A stretch of DNA of 44,640 nucleotides from a virus. The notes below the pieces were generated by a model. The model saw only the letters and a program-made list of their open reading frames with translations, was not told the origin of the DNA and did not search any database. The translations under genes were made by a program, and so were the position numbers. Location of the stretch: positions 1 to 44,640 of IMG/VR virus record IMGVR_UViG_3300045988_093246; one strand, written 5' to 3'. Below are positions 17,383-27,345 of the stretch, one piece after another. Every line of letters starts with the position of its first letter. The first letter of the stretch is position 1.

Positions 17383-18148
17383 ATTCTTCTAACAGATTAA
17401 TATAATATTTTGCGGGTTTCTTTTTCTCCGCTTCAATTTCTCTTTCTTTGCATAATTTATATAATTTTAGCGGTGTCATGCTAGAATAATCATTTTCGTT
17501 TTCTTCTTCATCCCATTCTTCTTCACTATCATAATCGTTTTCTTCTTCGGGTTCTTCAACTACTTTCTTAGCAGGCTTCTTTGTTGCTTTCTTTTTCTTT
17601 CTTTTTAGGGCTTCATCCTCTTCTTCATCTTCTGTTTCTTCGCATGGGTAAGCTTTATCAATCATCTGTAATACCGCTTTGTTTGAATAAGGCTTTGCCT
17701 TAGCGTTTCTAAATTTAACTTTATCCATCGGAACAACTGAATAAGTTTTATTTTGCGCTTTTCCTGTTACGCTAATAACATAGTCTCTGTCTGTTAGTGT
17801 TCCATAGTTCTCATACATTGCCATTAACGCTGGAATTGGTGTACAGTTATTAACAGCATACATAAACAGCTGTACTTCTTTTGCTTCATAGTTGTATACT
17901 GACCAAACATATTGGTTACGTGTTCTTAAGCTTTCATCATCACAATATGGGCATTCCCTATCAAACAATTCTTGGCATGGTACATTGATACCTAACTCAT
18001 ATGAATCATGGAACGGAATTTCCATCCCCTCGTCCATATCCTGTAAAAATCTAATGCGCTGTTTCTGCCCTTCTTTGAAATACGTAAATTTTCTTTTATT
18101 CTGTCCGCCTTTTTTAACGTCTGCTTTAATCTTATCAATTAAACTCAT
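17306..18148 (-). CDS. gp32-like single-stranded DNA-binding protein with zinc site, Rho_N/HeH insert and acidic tail
   Basis: 280 aa. QRIRFLQDMDEGMEIPFHDSYELGINVPCQELFDRECPYCDD parallels the T4 gp32 IRFL...PF...H...C...CxxC Zn-binding region. Very acidic C-terminus ...EDEDSEDEWEEEDE, with an embedded MTPLKLYKLCKEREI..KKPAKYYINLL HeH-like module. Confidence 0.6.
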   Translation of the reverse strand: MSLIDKIKADVKKGGQNKRKFTYFKEGQKQRIRFLQDMDEGMEIPFHDSYELGINVPCQELFDRECPYCDDESLRTRNQYVWSVYNYEAKEVQLFMYAVNNCTPIPALMAMYENYGTLTDRDYVISVTGKAQNKTYSVVPMDKVKFRNAKAKPYSNKAVLQMIDKAYPCEETEDEEEDEALKRKKKKATKKPAKKVVEEPEEENDYDSEEEWDEEENENDYSSMTPLKLYKLCKEREIEAEKKKPAKYYINLLEEYDNAQEDWGEEEDEDSEDEWEEEDE

Positions 18149-18174
18149 AATCTTTATATCTCCTTAACTTAATT

Positions 18175-19197
18175 TTATTTTTTATTTCTAAAATCTTGCA
18201 TTGTTTTATTTAAACATTTTTCAAACTGCTCTTTTGTCATTTCTCCTGCGTCTTTTATACCTTTTAGGTATCTAAAACGTGTAACTTTAAAATACTTCTT
18301 CAAATATCTGTAGCCCTTTCTACCGCATTCATCGTTATCAAGCGCACAAATTATTTTTGTTATTCCTTTGTCTTTTAATTTCTGCATCTGTTGCGCTGAC
18401 ATTTTCCAGCCTAATATAGCAACTACATTATTTACGCCGTATTGTATGAATTTTAACATATCCATATAACCCTCAACAACAAACACGTATTGTTTAGCGC
18501 CATAATTTCCAACTAGAGTAGTAGCACGGCTAAATCCTTTGTTGTATAAATATTTTCTTCTGCTCTCTATTTCTTTTATCATTGTACGACAAACCCAACC
18601 TCTGAAAATACCGTTATCAAGCATTGGAAAAATTAAACTATAATCACGTTGATATGTTATTTTTGCTTTGGCTTTCAATAACGCTTTGTCTGTAAAACCT
18701 CTTTTATGCATATATTCGCTTGCTTGTACTGCTTCTTGCTCCGTTTCGGCATCTAAAGCGCCCCATGCGGTTTTTTTCAAACCATGGTAATAATCATAGG
18801 CTTCATCATATAGCTGTCTCTGTAGTGGCTTATTTTTAATTTTAGGGGCATTTAATTTAATATTGCTTACTTTGTTTGATTTTAATATCTTCACAAACTT
18901 TCTACACGCCTGTAATTCGTTTAAATTATGATATTTATTTTCCATCAATTTAACAAACGCCAATGCGTCACCCGATAAACCACAACCAAAACAATAAAAT
19001 GAGCCTTCTTCTAAATCTATAACCATACTTGGGTTCATATCCTCATGAAAAGGGCATACTATTTTTTGTTTTAAATTTATTGTATTAGGTATTAAATTAT
19101 AATACCACAATACTTTTGCTAATTCTTCACCACTCTTTTTATTCCTCATTTTCTGCGTTAATTGCTTTTGTTTCTTTTGGTTCTTTTGGTTCTTCAT
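18175..19197 (-). CDS. DnaG-type DNA primase (zinc-binding domain plus TOPRIM)
   Basis: 340 aa. CPFHEDMNPSMVIDLEEGSFYCFGCGLSGD (CHC2 zinc finger) and VVEGYMDMLKF (TOPRIM EGYMD). Confidence 0.75.
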   Translation of the reverse strand: MKNQKNQKKQKQLTQKMRNKKSGEELAKVLWYYNLIPNTINLKQKIVCPFHEDMNPSMVIDLEEGSFYCFGCGLSGDALAFVKLMENKYHNLNELQACRKFVKILKSNKVSNIKLNAPKIKNKPLQRQLYDEAYDYYHGLKKTAWGALDAETEQEAVQASEYMHKRGFTDKALLKAKAKITYQRDYSLIFPMLDNGIFRGWVCRTMIKEIESRRKYLYNKGFSRATTLVGNYGAKQYVFVVEGYMDMLKFIQYGVNNVVAILGWKMSAQQMQKLKDKGITKIICALDNDECGRKGYRYLKKYFKVTRFRYLKGIKDAGEMTKEQFEKCLNKTMQDFRNKK

Positions 19198-19735
19198 CGT
19201 GCTTACCTCGTTTCATTTTAACAGTGAAATAAGGTTTCTGACGCTTCAATATATAACACCCTTCAAGTTGTTCTTTGCTGATTAAACCTAAATCCGCTAA
19301 TTTATCAAGTTTCTTTTCATCAACTGTTTTAGTGACATTTATAAAACTCTTAAATATCTTCGGGTCTACACCACAACTTTTTAGATAAACAATCAATCTA
19401 TTAATATCGGTAATAGTGTAACTTTTATCAATAACATCTTCACACATTTCTTTAGATAAATTATTTTCTAAAACATCAATATCAAAAATAACTGATGTTT
19501 TTTGTACTTTATTTACAACTAATTCATTACCTTCTAAATCATCGTTATCAATAACTAATTTACTGATACCTTCATAATTAAACAATTCCTCTGCGTCATT
19601 ATAAAATAACTGCTTAATTGTGTTAAATCTTTCCTGTCTTTCTTTAAATTCCTTTTGCTCATTATAAAACTCTTTTATAAAAGGTATAAACTGCTCCTTC
19701 GTATAATCAGGCTTTTTCTTCTGTTCTACAAGCAT
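19139..19735 (-). CDS. Hypothetical protein
   Basis: ORF track 198 aa; overlaps the annotated primase start (the primase may start at the internal Met). Confidence 0.5.
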   Translation of the reverse strand: MLVEQKKKPDYTKEQFIPFIKEFYNEQKEFKERQERFNTIKQLFYNDAEELFNYEGISKLVIDNDDLEGNELVVNKVQKTSVIFDIDVLENNLSKEMCEDVIDKSYTITDINRLIVYLKSCGVDPKIFKSFINVTKTVDEKKLDKLADLGLISKEQLEGCYILKRQKPYFTVKMKRGKHDEEPKEPKETKAINAENEE

Positions 19736-20081
19736 CTCTATGCACTCCTTTTCCTTTCAATGCTTCATATACTCCTTTAGGGAATCTACTCCCTGTCTTA
19801 ACCCAAACAACATCATTGAAATCAACAATAAATATTTTTCCGTATTCTGTTTCAAGTTTCAATTTTCTCTTAGTACTTGACTTTGCCACAACCATAGCGC
19901 TCTTTACTTTGCCATTAGGCAATTTAAACGCTACAATAGTACCATTCGACACATTTTCAATGTATGGCATTTTCTGCGCCATATCAATTTTAGTAGTGCT
20001 TTTATAATCTTCATTAGGCACTTTATCGGCAATCTTTACGCCGTCCATTTTTAAAATCTTTTCTTTCTGTTCTTCTGTCAT
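19707..20081 (-). CDS. Hypothetical protein
   Basis: ORF track 124 aa. Confidence 0.5.
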   Translation of the reverse strand: MTEEQKEKILKMDGVKIADKVPNEDYKSTTKIDMAQKMPYIENVSNGTIVAFKLPNGKVKSAMVVAKSSTKRKLKLETEYGKIFIVDFNDVVWVKTGSRFPKGVYEALKGKGVHRDACRTEEKA

Positions 20082-20182
20082 TTCTTATGACCCTCTCTTT
20101 CTAATATTTGTGGTGTTTACCACCGACACCCTTTTATGGGTGTTTCGTATTAATTTTCAAATACTCATCGGGGTGATTTTAT

Positions 20183-20407
20183 TTACCATTCATAAATATA
20201 TTCGTTCTCAACCGTATCAACTAATTTACCATCCTCGAAATGTAAATCAATCATACAGATGTAGGCTAAATCTTTCAAACGCTCTTGTAACTCAATTTCC
20301 TCTAGCAATTTGCGACCCGCTTTGTACGCTTCTTTTGATGTGTCAAAAACAGCATCCAACATTTCTTTTTCTTCACCTAAAACAAATTCTACACCATACT
20401 TAATCAT
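20183..20407 (-). CDS. Hypothetical protein
   Basis: ORF track 74 aa; first gene after the promoter at 20464-20492. Confidence 0.5.
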   Translation of the reverse strand: MIKYGVEFVLGEEKEMLDAVFDTSKEAYKAGRKLLEEIELQERLKDLAYICMIDLHFEDGKLVDTVENEYIYEW

Positions 20408-20463
20408 AATCTTACGTCTTCTTTATTTAGTTTTCTTTATTTCCTTCTGTATATTCTGTATAT

Positions 20464-20492
20464 ATTGTACCGCTTTATTATGTTCCTGTCAA
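20464..20492 (-). promoter_or_regulatory. Near-consensus sigma-A promoter TTGACA-17-TACAAT (start of replication-module transcription)
   Basis: Minus-strand -35 = plus tgtcaa 20487-20492; -10 = plus attgta 20464-20469; 17-nt spacer. Lies immediately downstream of the late-operon terminator. Confidence 0.6.
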
Positions 20493-20494
20493 CC

Positions 20495-20528
20495 CACAAA
20501 ATTAAAAAGTGGTCTTTGTTTGACCACT
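20495..20528 (-). terminator. Rho-independent terminator ending the late (structural/lysis) operon
   Basis: A 7-bp perfect stem agtggtc (20508-20514) / gaccact (20522-20528) with loop tttgttt. On the minus transcript it is followed by UUUUUAAUUUUG. Sits 24 nt after the XhlA stop. Confidence 0.65.
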
Positions 20529-20551
20529 ATATATAATATGATTTAATTTCA

Positions 20552-20863
20552 TCATAGCCCTAGTTTGTGAAATAGATAGCCTACTACTAGACCAATAATG
20601 CTAGTAATTACATATCCCGATACTTTACGCCACATCTCGCCGTCTCTGTTTTCTAACTCGTCCAATTTTTCGCCCTGCTCCTTCTGCGTCTCGGCTAGCT
20701 GCTTCACACTCTGCGCTAGCTCTCTAACTGATAAAACTAATTCTGTAAACTGCTCTATCTGTTCTTCTAGAATCTCAAGTCGCTTATTCTGTCGGCGGTC
20801 TTCATCTTCTAATCTTCTGCAAAATTCCTCATGTTCTGCACGTGTTATTAGTGTACTATCCAT
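20552..20863 (-). CDS. xhlA: XhlA-like protein (coiled coil plus C-terminal TM helix; lysis-associated)
   Basis: 103 aa. Charged coiled-coil N-terminus and a single C-terminal TM helix (VSGYVITSIIGLVVGYLFHKLGL), as in PBSX XhlA. Confidence 0.55.
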   Translation of the reverse strand: MDSTLITRAEHEEFCRRLEDEDRRQNKRLEILEEQIEQFTELVLSVRELAQSVKQLAETQKEQGEKLDELENRDGEMWRKVSGYVITSIIGLVVGYLFHKLGL

Positions 20864-20878
20864 CTAATCACCCCTTCT

Positions 20879-21814
20879 CTATGCATATGAATAAATGAAT
20901 GAGCCACAAATATATGCAGTACTTACATTTGCACTGCCATGCATCGACGTGAGTGTCCAATGGTTGGCGGTCACGTCGCCTGTGCTTGGATAAAAACGTA
21001 AGGTTAAATCGGTGCTCTGAGTCTGAACTGGAACGAATAAATTTATTTTTGGTGCTTTATCTTTTGGGAATCCTTCCCACATAAACCCCATAGAATTACC
21101 GATAATCGTTTGAGTAAGTGAACCGTCCCAATTCAACTCAACAATTTTCGCACCTTCGTTATATCTGTATTTTAATGTAATACCACAACCATTCTTGCCA
21201 CACGATTTCCAATCGCTCCACTGCATAGAAGTATTTAAATTAGTAATATTTTTTTGCAATCGTTCAACATCTTTATTTAATAGCTGTATCGTGTCTAATA
21301 ATGTATCTTGCGAACCTATACTTGTAACCCAACCACATACAGTATCATCATTTCTAGTGTCTGTAATCATTGACTGCGTCAAAACTGCTGTATTTGCGTT
21401 AACTCTTACTGTTGCCAATTGTAATTCATAAATATCGTTATTTCTTGTAATTGTTGGTTTAACTGGTGATGTTGACAAGCTGCCTTTCTTAACGTGTATC
21501 TTAATTTCTCTGTTGGTAATATCCAATCTAACAATAATACTATCAATGCGTGATTGTACACCATCCGCGCTATCAAGCGTAATAGAGAAACTACTATCAT
21601 TTTCGTATCTGTAACCATTAATCCACGCCACGCCACTTTTAACAATAATCGACATACCGTTATTAACAACTACCTCTAATTTACCGCCTAACTCTTCAAA
21701 TACACCGTTTGTAATAAAGCTAGCAAAATAGTTTGCAAAATCTTCGGCTAAATATGACCTGTCATATTTTCCATCTGCTGTCGCTACAGCATTGAAAAAA
21801 CCGTATTTCTCCAT
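20879..21814 (-). CDS. Tail fibre / receptor-binding protein
   Basis: 311 aa. The N-terminus MEKYGFFNAVATADGKYDRSYLAEDFANYFASFITNGVF is typical of siphovirus fibre/upper-baseplate proteins. Last gene of the tail module. Confidence 0.6.
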   Translation of the reverse strand: MEKYGFFNAVATADGKYDRSYLAEDFANYFASFITNGVFEELGGKLEVVVNNGMSIIVKSGVAWINGYRYENDSSFSITLDSADGVQSRIDSIIVRLDITNREIKIHVKKGSLSTSPVKPTITRNNDIYELQLATVRVNANTAVLTQSMITDTRNDDTVCGWVTSIGSQDTLLDTIQLLNKDVERLQKNITNLNTSMQWSDWKSCGKNGCGITLKYRYNEGAKIVELNWDGSLTQTIIGNSMGFMWEGFPKDKAPKINLFVPVQTQSTDLTLRFYPSTGDVTANHWTLTSMHGSANVSTAYICGSFIYSYA

Positions 21815-21847
21815 GTATATTCATCTCCTTTTCTATTTAATTTTATT

Positions 21848-22996
21848 TTATAGCTTTCTCTTTATTTTCTGTAAAATAGTTGGATATGAATATCCAAAAG
21901 TCAAAGCTAAGTTATATTCTTCTCCATAGTCTTCTTCTACTTCTGTAATTCTTGCTGAAATCATAACGCCTAACTGATTATCCCTTATTGTAACTTTATC
22001 GCCTTTAAAATAATCCTTATTAAATTTATACTGCACATCACCTAAAACGCGTATCTTTGTCTCGAAAGTTTCTGTAGTTATGCATTCTGATAACTTGTCA
22101 TTTCCTCTATTCAACAAAACTTGTTTATATTGACTAGGCGTTAGCTCTATAGCATTTCCGTTTTCATCTGTACCGTTACTCTGTAAGTCTCTAGCATCAA
22201 TATATAATTCTTTTCTGTCGAACCCGATTAATTTATCATCACCAGATACCGTAGAAACCCTATCTGCTCCTTCACCTTCGCCTTGAACAAAAGCCACGTT
22301 CTTTTCATCTTGGTTGTTAGAATAATATGAACTAGACAAAATATCATCTAAATCTGTAGAAAACTCTACTACTTCGCTACCTTCTGCGGTAGTTGTCTGC
22401 ACCGTTCTATCTACACCCTCAACAACCTCAAAAATTATCTTCTTTTCTTGCGGTTTAAACAGTAAATTATAACCTAAATCTGCGCTACTTGCTATATCTG
22501 TTATAGCGTCATAAACTTCATCGCCTGTCTTTTGCAGTGATATTTTATCACCTAGAAAATTATCAACCGCACATTCTAAATAAGGTATATTTCTGTTAGC
22601 ATATGAATTATTTATACAGTTATTTTTGACTATCTCATACATGATAGTAGAAACATTCTTATTACTAGCTATATATGTTCCCCATATAATCCTAGTTGTC
22701 AATATTGCTTCTAATGTTCGACCTTTAATATTAAACTTTTTGTTTCCGTCTTCATCCATCTCACTTTTAACTATTTCAATAATTCCCGCGGTATCACCGC
22801 CACACCAAACAAAATAGCCTTTCTTGAATAGTTCCGCGTTTTCGTCTGTAATCGGCGCCCATATCTCAAAGCTAGCGTAACCATTGTACTTATCGCACCA
22901 CATCAAACTACTAAAGTTATTTACTTCTCCGACTAATTCAAAAGCTGTATTGTCAACTTTGAAAATATTGATTGATACTTGACTATTTAATAACAT
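21848..22996 (-). CDS. Tail-associated (Tal-like) baseplate protein
   Basis: 382 aa; positioned after Dit in the canonical TMP-Dit-Tal order. Confidence 0.5.
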   Translation of the reverse strand: MLLNSQVSINIFKVDNTAFELVGEVNNFSSLMWCDKYNGYASFEIWAPITDENAELFKKGYFVWCGGDTAGIIEIVKSEMDEDGNKKFNIKGRTLEAILTTRIIWGTYIASNKNVSTIMYEIVKNNCINNSYANRNIPYLECAVDNFLGDKISLQKTGDEVYDAITDIASSADLGYNLLFKPQEKKIIFEVVEGVDRTVQTTTAEGSEVVEFSTDLDDILSSSYYSNNQDEKNVAFVQGEGEGADRVSTVSGDDKLIGFDRKELYIDARDLQSNGTDENGNAIELTPSQYKQVLLNRGNDKLSECITTETFETKIRVLGDVQYKFNKDYFKGDKVTIRDNQLGVMISARITEVEEDYGEEYNLALTFGYSYPTILQKIKRKL

Positions 22997-23898
22997 TCCT
23001 GTACCTCTAAATAACTACCATTAAAATAAATATATACATCTAAATTTTGTACGTTCGCATCGGCGTCAAACTGTAATACATTATCGCCAACATCTAATTG
23101 TAGCCAATCGCTGTTTAAATCGCGATATTTAAAGTAATTTACTTCTTCTCCGTCCCGTTTGCCTGTTATCTTTTTACTTCCAATAACAGTATTAACAGTT
23201 ATCTCTTCTTTATTTGTCATAGTCTTATTTAACTTAAAATAGCTTTGCGTTTTGATGTTTGTTATGCTTGGGTTGGTTACTGCGCCATTTGCTTTAAATA
23301 ATATCTTCATACCTGTAGGCACATCACCTTTATTTAATACATTAAATATTCTATTTTTCTGCTTTATACCAAAAGTAACCCCTTTGTTTGTCTGCACCGC
23401 TCCGCTCCATTTTTCTATTTTCAATGGAAAATGAAAAGTTGATTCAATCTGCGATGCTGATATAACTGTTGTTTGAATATCTTTAAATAATGGATATGCG
23501 CATAAACCTTCAACCTTAAATTTACAAACAACCTCGTTATTTTCTGCATTAGTTGTAGAATATTTAATAGTTGTATTAGGTAGAAAACTAATAGTATAAC
23601 TCTTATAAAATAATTCAATTTCCTGTTGTGGGTTGATAAATCTATTTAATTTTCTTTTTCTATCCGTCATGACCGTATCATTATCGGCAATAACCCAGCC
23701 TGTAATTGTTATCGTTCTAGTACCTAACTCTGTATTAGTTACATATACGCCATTTTGATTTATGTATTTGTAAGAGTGATGTGTGCTTTCAATCGCTCCC
23801 CAATCAACATTTTCTAAAACATAATCGGGGGTTGCTGTCATACTCATTTCAATCTTATCACTAGTTGTTGTATTCTGCAATATAATATCTTCAACCAT
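22987..23898 (-). CDS. Distal tail protein (Dit-like)
   Basis: 303 aa; immediately downstream of the tape measure in the conserved siphovirus order. Confidence 0.55.
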   Translation of the reverse strand: MVEDIILQNTTTSDKIEMSMTATPDYVLENVDWGAIESTHHSYKYINQNGVYVTNTELGTRTITITGWVIADNDTVMTDRKRKLNRFINPQQEIELFYKSYTISFLPNTTIKYSTTNAENNEVVCKFKVEGLCAYPLFKDIQTTVISASQIESTFHFPLKIEKWSGAVQTNKGVTFGIKQKNRIFNVLNKGDVPTGMKILFKANGAVTNPSITNIKTQSYFKLNKTMTNKEEITVNTVIGSKKITGKRDGEEVNYFKYRDLNSDWLQLDVGDNVLQFDADANVQNLDVYIYFNGSYLEVQECY

Positions 23899-23916
23899 TC
23901 AACTACCCCCTTTTAT

Positions 23917-26900
23917 TTAAAAGCCTTCTGCCAATTCCTGTTTTGTCTTCTTCATCTGTCTTGATGCTTCTATCTCGTCTATTGGTTTTGGACTATTAAA
24001 GATAAATGTATCACCGTTTCCATTGTCTCCCTTTGGTTCTTTAATATCAACATATCCACTTGAATCGTTGCTTTTGTCAAAACCGTTATAACCTACATAA
24101 CCGATTGAACCATCTGAATTAATAAATAAATTGCCCGCCTGAATAAGCGTATTTAACGATTTAAGCATGTTATTAACCGATTTACCTATTCTAGTATCAA
24201 TACTGTCAAACCATACCGCTATATCTTTATATATTGATTTAACAGCGCTTGAGAAGTCACCAACTGAACCAACCATACTTACCGCTATATCGTTTACACT
24301 TAAATTGTCAACGCCTTTATTTAACATACCTTGTATATTTCTTAGCATGGCAGGCATTGCTGACTTAAAGCCGTTTGTAACACCAGGCGGTAAATATGCA
24401 CCAATCTCGTTAGCGAAAACTGTAGATGGGGAGTGAATACCTAAAGCACTCTTGGCACCGTCCACAACCCCTTTAAAGAAGCCTTTAACGTTAGAAACGA
24501 ATCTGTTCTTTGCTGATACAATACCTTTCCACACACCATCAACAATGTTTGAACCAATACTTAACATTTTTGACGGTATGCTTTTAGCTATATTAACAAC
24601 ATTGTTTAATAGACTTACACCTGCTTCTCGACCTTTAGCACCTAATCCGCTCACAAAATTTCTTGCACAGTTTATAGTGTTGTTAAACCATTTTGCTATA
24701 CTGCTTGGTAAATTTCTAATAAAATTAACTACATTGTTCACAAAATTAATACCAACCTGTTTTGCGCTGTTAACCATGTTTATATCCCATTGTCTTACTG
24801 TATTAAAAGCACTAGTCAAAAAGTTCATAATATTTGTCGGTAAATTTCTAAAGAATGTAACTACTGCATTGATAAAATTAGTTCCCATCTCTCTCGCTTT
24901 ATTTACCATGTTAACTGTCCAAGTCGCTACAGTTGTAATAACATAACCTAGAAAATAACCGATTTTATAGGGTAGATTTGTAAAGAACGTAACAACCGCA
25001 TTTACAAAATTAACAGCCATCTCACTACCTTTATTAACAACATTTACCGCGAAACTAGAAACCGTGTTTACTATTGAACTGCCCATGTTAGTAAAGAAAC
25101 CTGTTATACTACTCCATATACCGCTTAAAGAAGTACCAAACCAACTTAATATTGAATTTGCTACGCCACCCAATAATGAACCAACATTACTAAATGATGC
25201 TTTAATTCCTTCCCAAACTGAACCAAATATTTCTTTTACACCGTTCCACGCCTGCGTCCAATTACCCGTAAATACACCAATAAATATATCTACAATACCT
25301 AAAATAACATTTAACACTGTATTAATAACTGTACTCACTTGAGAAAAAGCACCTTCAAAAATCGGCGCTAACAAGTTACAAAAACCTAGCCATACAGACT
25401 TTATCACATTTACGATTGATTCTAGATTAATACCTAAAGCGCTGAACCTTTCGGAAATACCGCTAAAAAATGCACTAAAACTTGCGGTTATCTCTTTAAA
25501 TGTTGCCATCATGTTATTTCTAAATTGTTCATTAGTTTTCCATAGCGTCATAAACGCTGTAACTAGTACCCCGACCGCAGACGCAGCTGCAATCGCTGGG
25601 GCACTTAGTCCACCTAAGAACGAACCTAAAACAGATGCTTCTTTTCCTAATCCACTGAACCCCGCTTTAGATAATGCAAACCCTTCTTGTATATGTGTAA
25701 TACCTAACTGCAATAATCCAAAGTCTTTTTGTACTGTACCGATAACCTTTGGAACTGCTCCAAACGCTGACATTAATTTACCAATAGTTGATGTTAGCTT
25801 ACCAAAAACAATCAATGCTGGACCGATTGCACCCACAAACATACCCCATTTTACTATCTGTTCTTTTTGCTCTTTTGTCATTGATTGTAATTTTAACACA
25901 ACCCTCTGAACCCAATCAACAAAACTTTTAAAATAAGGTAAAAGCACCTCGCCAAACTGTATAGCAACACCCTCTAATGAACTCTTAAGTATTGTTAGCT
26001 GTCCGCCAAAATTATCAAGCATCGTTTTTGCGGTGTCTTCTGCTACGCCCTTGCAATTGTTCATGCTGTCGGCTAATTTGTCATACTCGCCTTGTGATAA
26101 ACTCAACAAACTTAACAAACCGCTCATACCTTCCTGTCCTGCTAAAACAGTGGCATAATATGTTTTTTGTTCATCCGTCATACCGCTAAAACTTCCGCGC
26201 ATTTCTGAAACAATTGTATTTAAACTTTTAAATGAGCCATCTGAATTAGTCAATTTTATACCTAATTCATCCATAGCGCTCTTAACATCATCTGTCGGCT
26301 TAACCATTCTTGCAAGCATAGTACGTAACGCCGTTCCTGCCTGCGAACCTTTAATGCCCGACATAGACATGGCAGAAATAGCCGTTGTTACATCTTCAAT
26401 GCTGAACCCCATTGTTTTTGCAATTGGTGAAATATATTTAAATGATTCCCCTAAATCTGTAATGTCAATAGTTCCTGCATTTGCTGACTGCGTTAACAGG
26501 TCAGCTACTCGTGATGCGTCTTTTGCTTTTAGTCCAAAGCCTGTTATAGCGTCCGCAACTATTGTTGATACCTGCGCTAAATCTTCACCGCTCGCACTCG
26601 CTGAATTTAAAACGCCAGCCATACCATCAATAATATCGTTTGCACTCCAACCAGCCTTCGCCATCTCTGTCATACCGTCCGCAACTTCACTCGCTGACCA
26701 TGCAGTAGTTGCGCCTAGCTCTTGGGCTTTCTTATTTAACTTCTGTAATTCGCCACCGCTTGCACCACTGACCGCCTGCACTCGTGACATAGCACTCTCG
26801 AAAGTAGAACTAGTTTTTATAACTAAACCGCCTAAGCCAATAATTGGCGCTGTAACTGTCTTAGTAAGAGTTGACCCGACCGCTTCTAGATTCTTGCCCG

Positions 26901-27042
26901 CGCTCTGTAAACGTCCGCCTATCGTGCTAGATATTCTTTTTGTAGTGTCTTCCGCTTCGTTTTGCGCTGTCTTTAAACTTTTCAAAAAACCGTTTATATC
27001 AAGGTCTAAATGTCCAACCGCTGAACCTACGTCTATCGCCAC
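23917..27042 (-). CDS. Tail tape measure protein
   Basis: 1041 aa, the largest gene. Internal repeats VNFVNAVVTFFTNLP / TNFINAVVTFFRNLP / INFVNNVVNFIRNLP / VSLLNNVVNIAKSIP, with hydrophobic Gly/Ala-rich segments. Sits between the chaperone ORFs and Dit. Confidence 0.85.
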   Translation of the reverse strand: MAIDVGSAVGHLDLDINGFLKSLKTAQNEAEDTTKRISSTIGGRLQSAGKNLEAVGSTLTKTVTAPIIGLGGLVIKTSSTFESAMSRVQAVSGASGGELQKLNKKAQELGATTAWSASEVADGMTEMAKAGWSANDIIDGMAGVLNSASASGEDLAQVSTIVADAITGFGLKAKDASRVADLLTQSANAGTIDITDLGESFKYISPIAKTMGFSIEDVTTAISAMSMSGIKGSQAGTALRTMLARMVKPTDDVKSAMDELGIKLTNSDGSFKSLNTIVSEMRGSFSGMTDEQKTYYATVLAGQEGMSGLLSLLSLSQGEYDKLADSMNNCKGVAEDTAKTMLDNFGGQLTILKSSLEGVAIQFGEVLLPYFKSFVDWVQRVVLKLQSMTKEQKEQIVKWGMFVGAIGPALIVFGKLTSTIGKLMSAFGAVPKVIGTVQKDFGLLQLGITHIQEGFALSKAGFSGLGKEASVLGSFLGGLSAPAIAAASAVGVLVTAFMTLWKTNEQFRNNMMATFKEITASFSAFFSGISERFSALGINLESIVNVIKSVWLGFCNLLAPIFEGAFSQVSTVINTVLNVILGIVDIFIGVFTGNWTQAWNGVKEIFGSVWEGIKASFSNVGSLLGGVANSILSWFGTSLSGIWSSITGFFTNMGSSIVNTVSSFAVNVVNKGSEMAVNFVNAVVTFFTNLPYKIGYFLGYVITTVATWTVNMVNKAREMGTNFINAVVTFFRNLPTNIMNFLTSAFNTVRQWDINMVNSAKQVGINFVNNVVNFIRNLPSSIAKWFNNTINCARNFVSGLGAKGREAGVSLLNNVVNIAKSIPSKMLSIGSNIVDGVWKGIVSAKNRFVSNVKGFFKGVVDGAKSALGIHSPSTVFANEIGAYLPPGVTNGFKSAMPAMLRNIQGMLNKGVDNLSVNDIAVSMVGSVGDFSSAVKSIYKDIAVWFDSIDTRIGKSVNNMLKSLNTLIQAGNLFINSDGSIGYVGYNGFDKSNDSSGYVDIKEPKGDNGNGDTFIFNSPKPIDEIEASRQMKKTKQELAEGF

Positions 27043-27077
27043 ACTCTCACCCCTTTTCGTAAATAAATTAATTTTAT

Positions 27078-27345
27078 TTAATTTTCATATTGCGCGTATA
27101 AGTCTTTAAATGATTTATATTTTTCCTTGAAAATTGGTTCTTCTCCGTCTTCTAATTTCTGTATGATATATGCGCACGCTTCATCAAAACAAAAACTAGT
27201 ATATGGGTCTGAAATGTCTAAAAGCGTGCTTGGTCGGCACTTGTAGATGTTAGCCAACCCTAGCACGTTTAAAATCTTCTTGTTCGCTACGAAAGTTTTC
27301 CAAAGCCTTAACTCCGCTTTGTGTATAGTTAAAAATTGCCATTAC
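27078..27345 (-). CDS. Tail assembly chaperone frameshift extension (T-like segment, +1 frame relative to 27250-27834)
   Basis: An open frame of ~88 codons with no ATG start overlaps the 3' end of the upstream chaperone-like ORF in the +1 (-2) frame. This is the usual G/GT position before the tape measure. Confidence 0.4.

Noticed and set aside
20137-20160. Hairpins ggtg-tttac-cacc and acaccc-ttttat-gggtgt, considered as a terminator
   Set aside because: On the transcribed (minus) strand they are not followed by a U-tract, and a T-rich tail exists only on the plus strand, where there are no genes. Possibly an RNA structure or binding site, but a terminator call is not supported.
21406-21669. 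Nested same-strand ORFs (21406-21669, 23421-23618, 27908-28090, 11721-11927, 8242-8424)
   Set aside because: They sit entirely inside longer, family-assignable genes (fibre, Dit, major tail) or overlap a better-supported small gene in another frame. Likely spurious.
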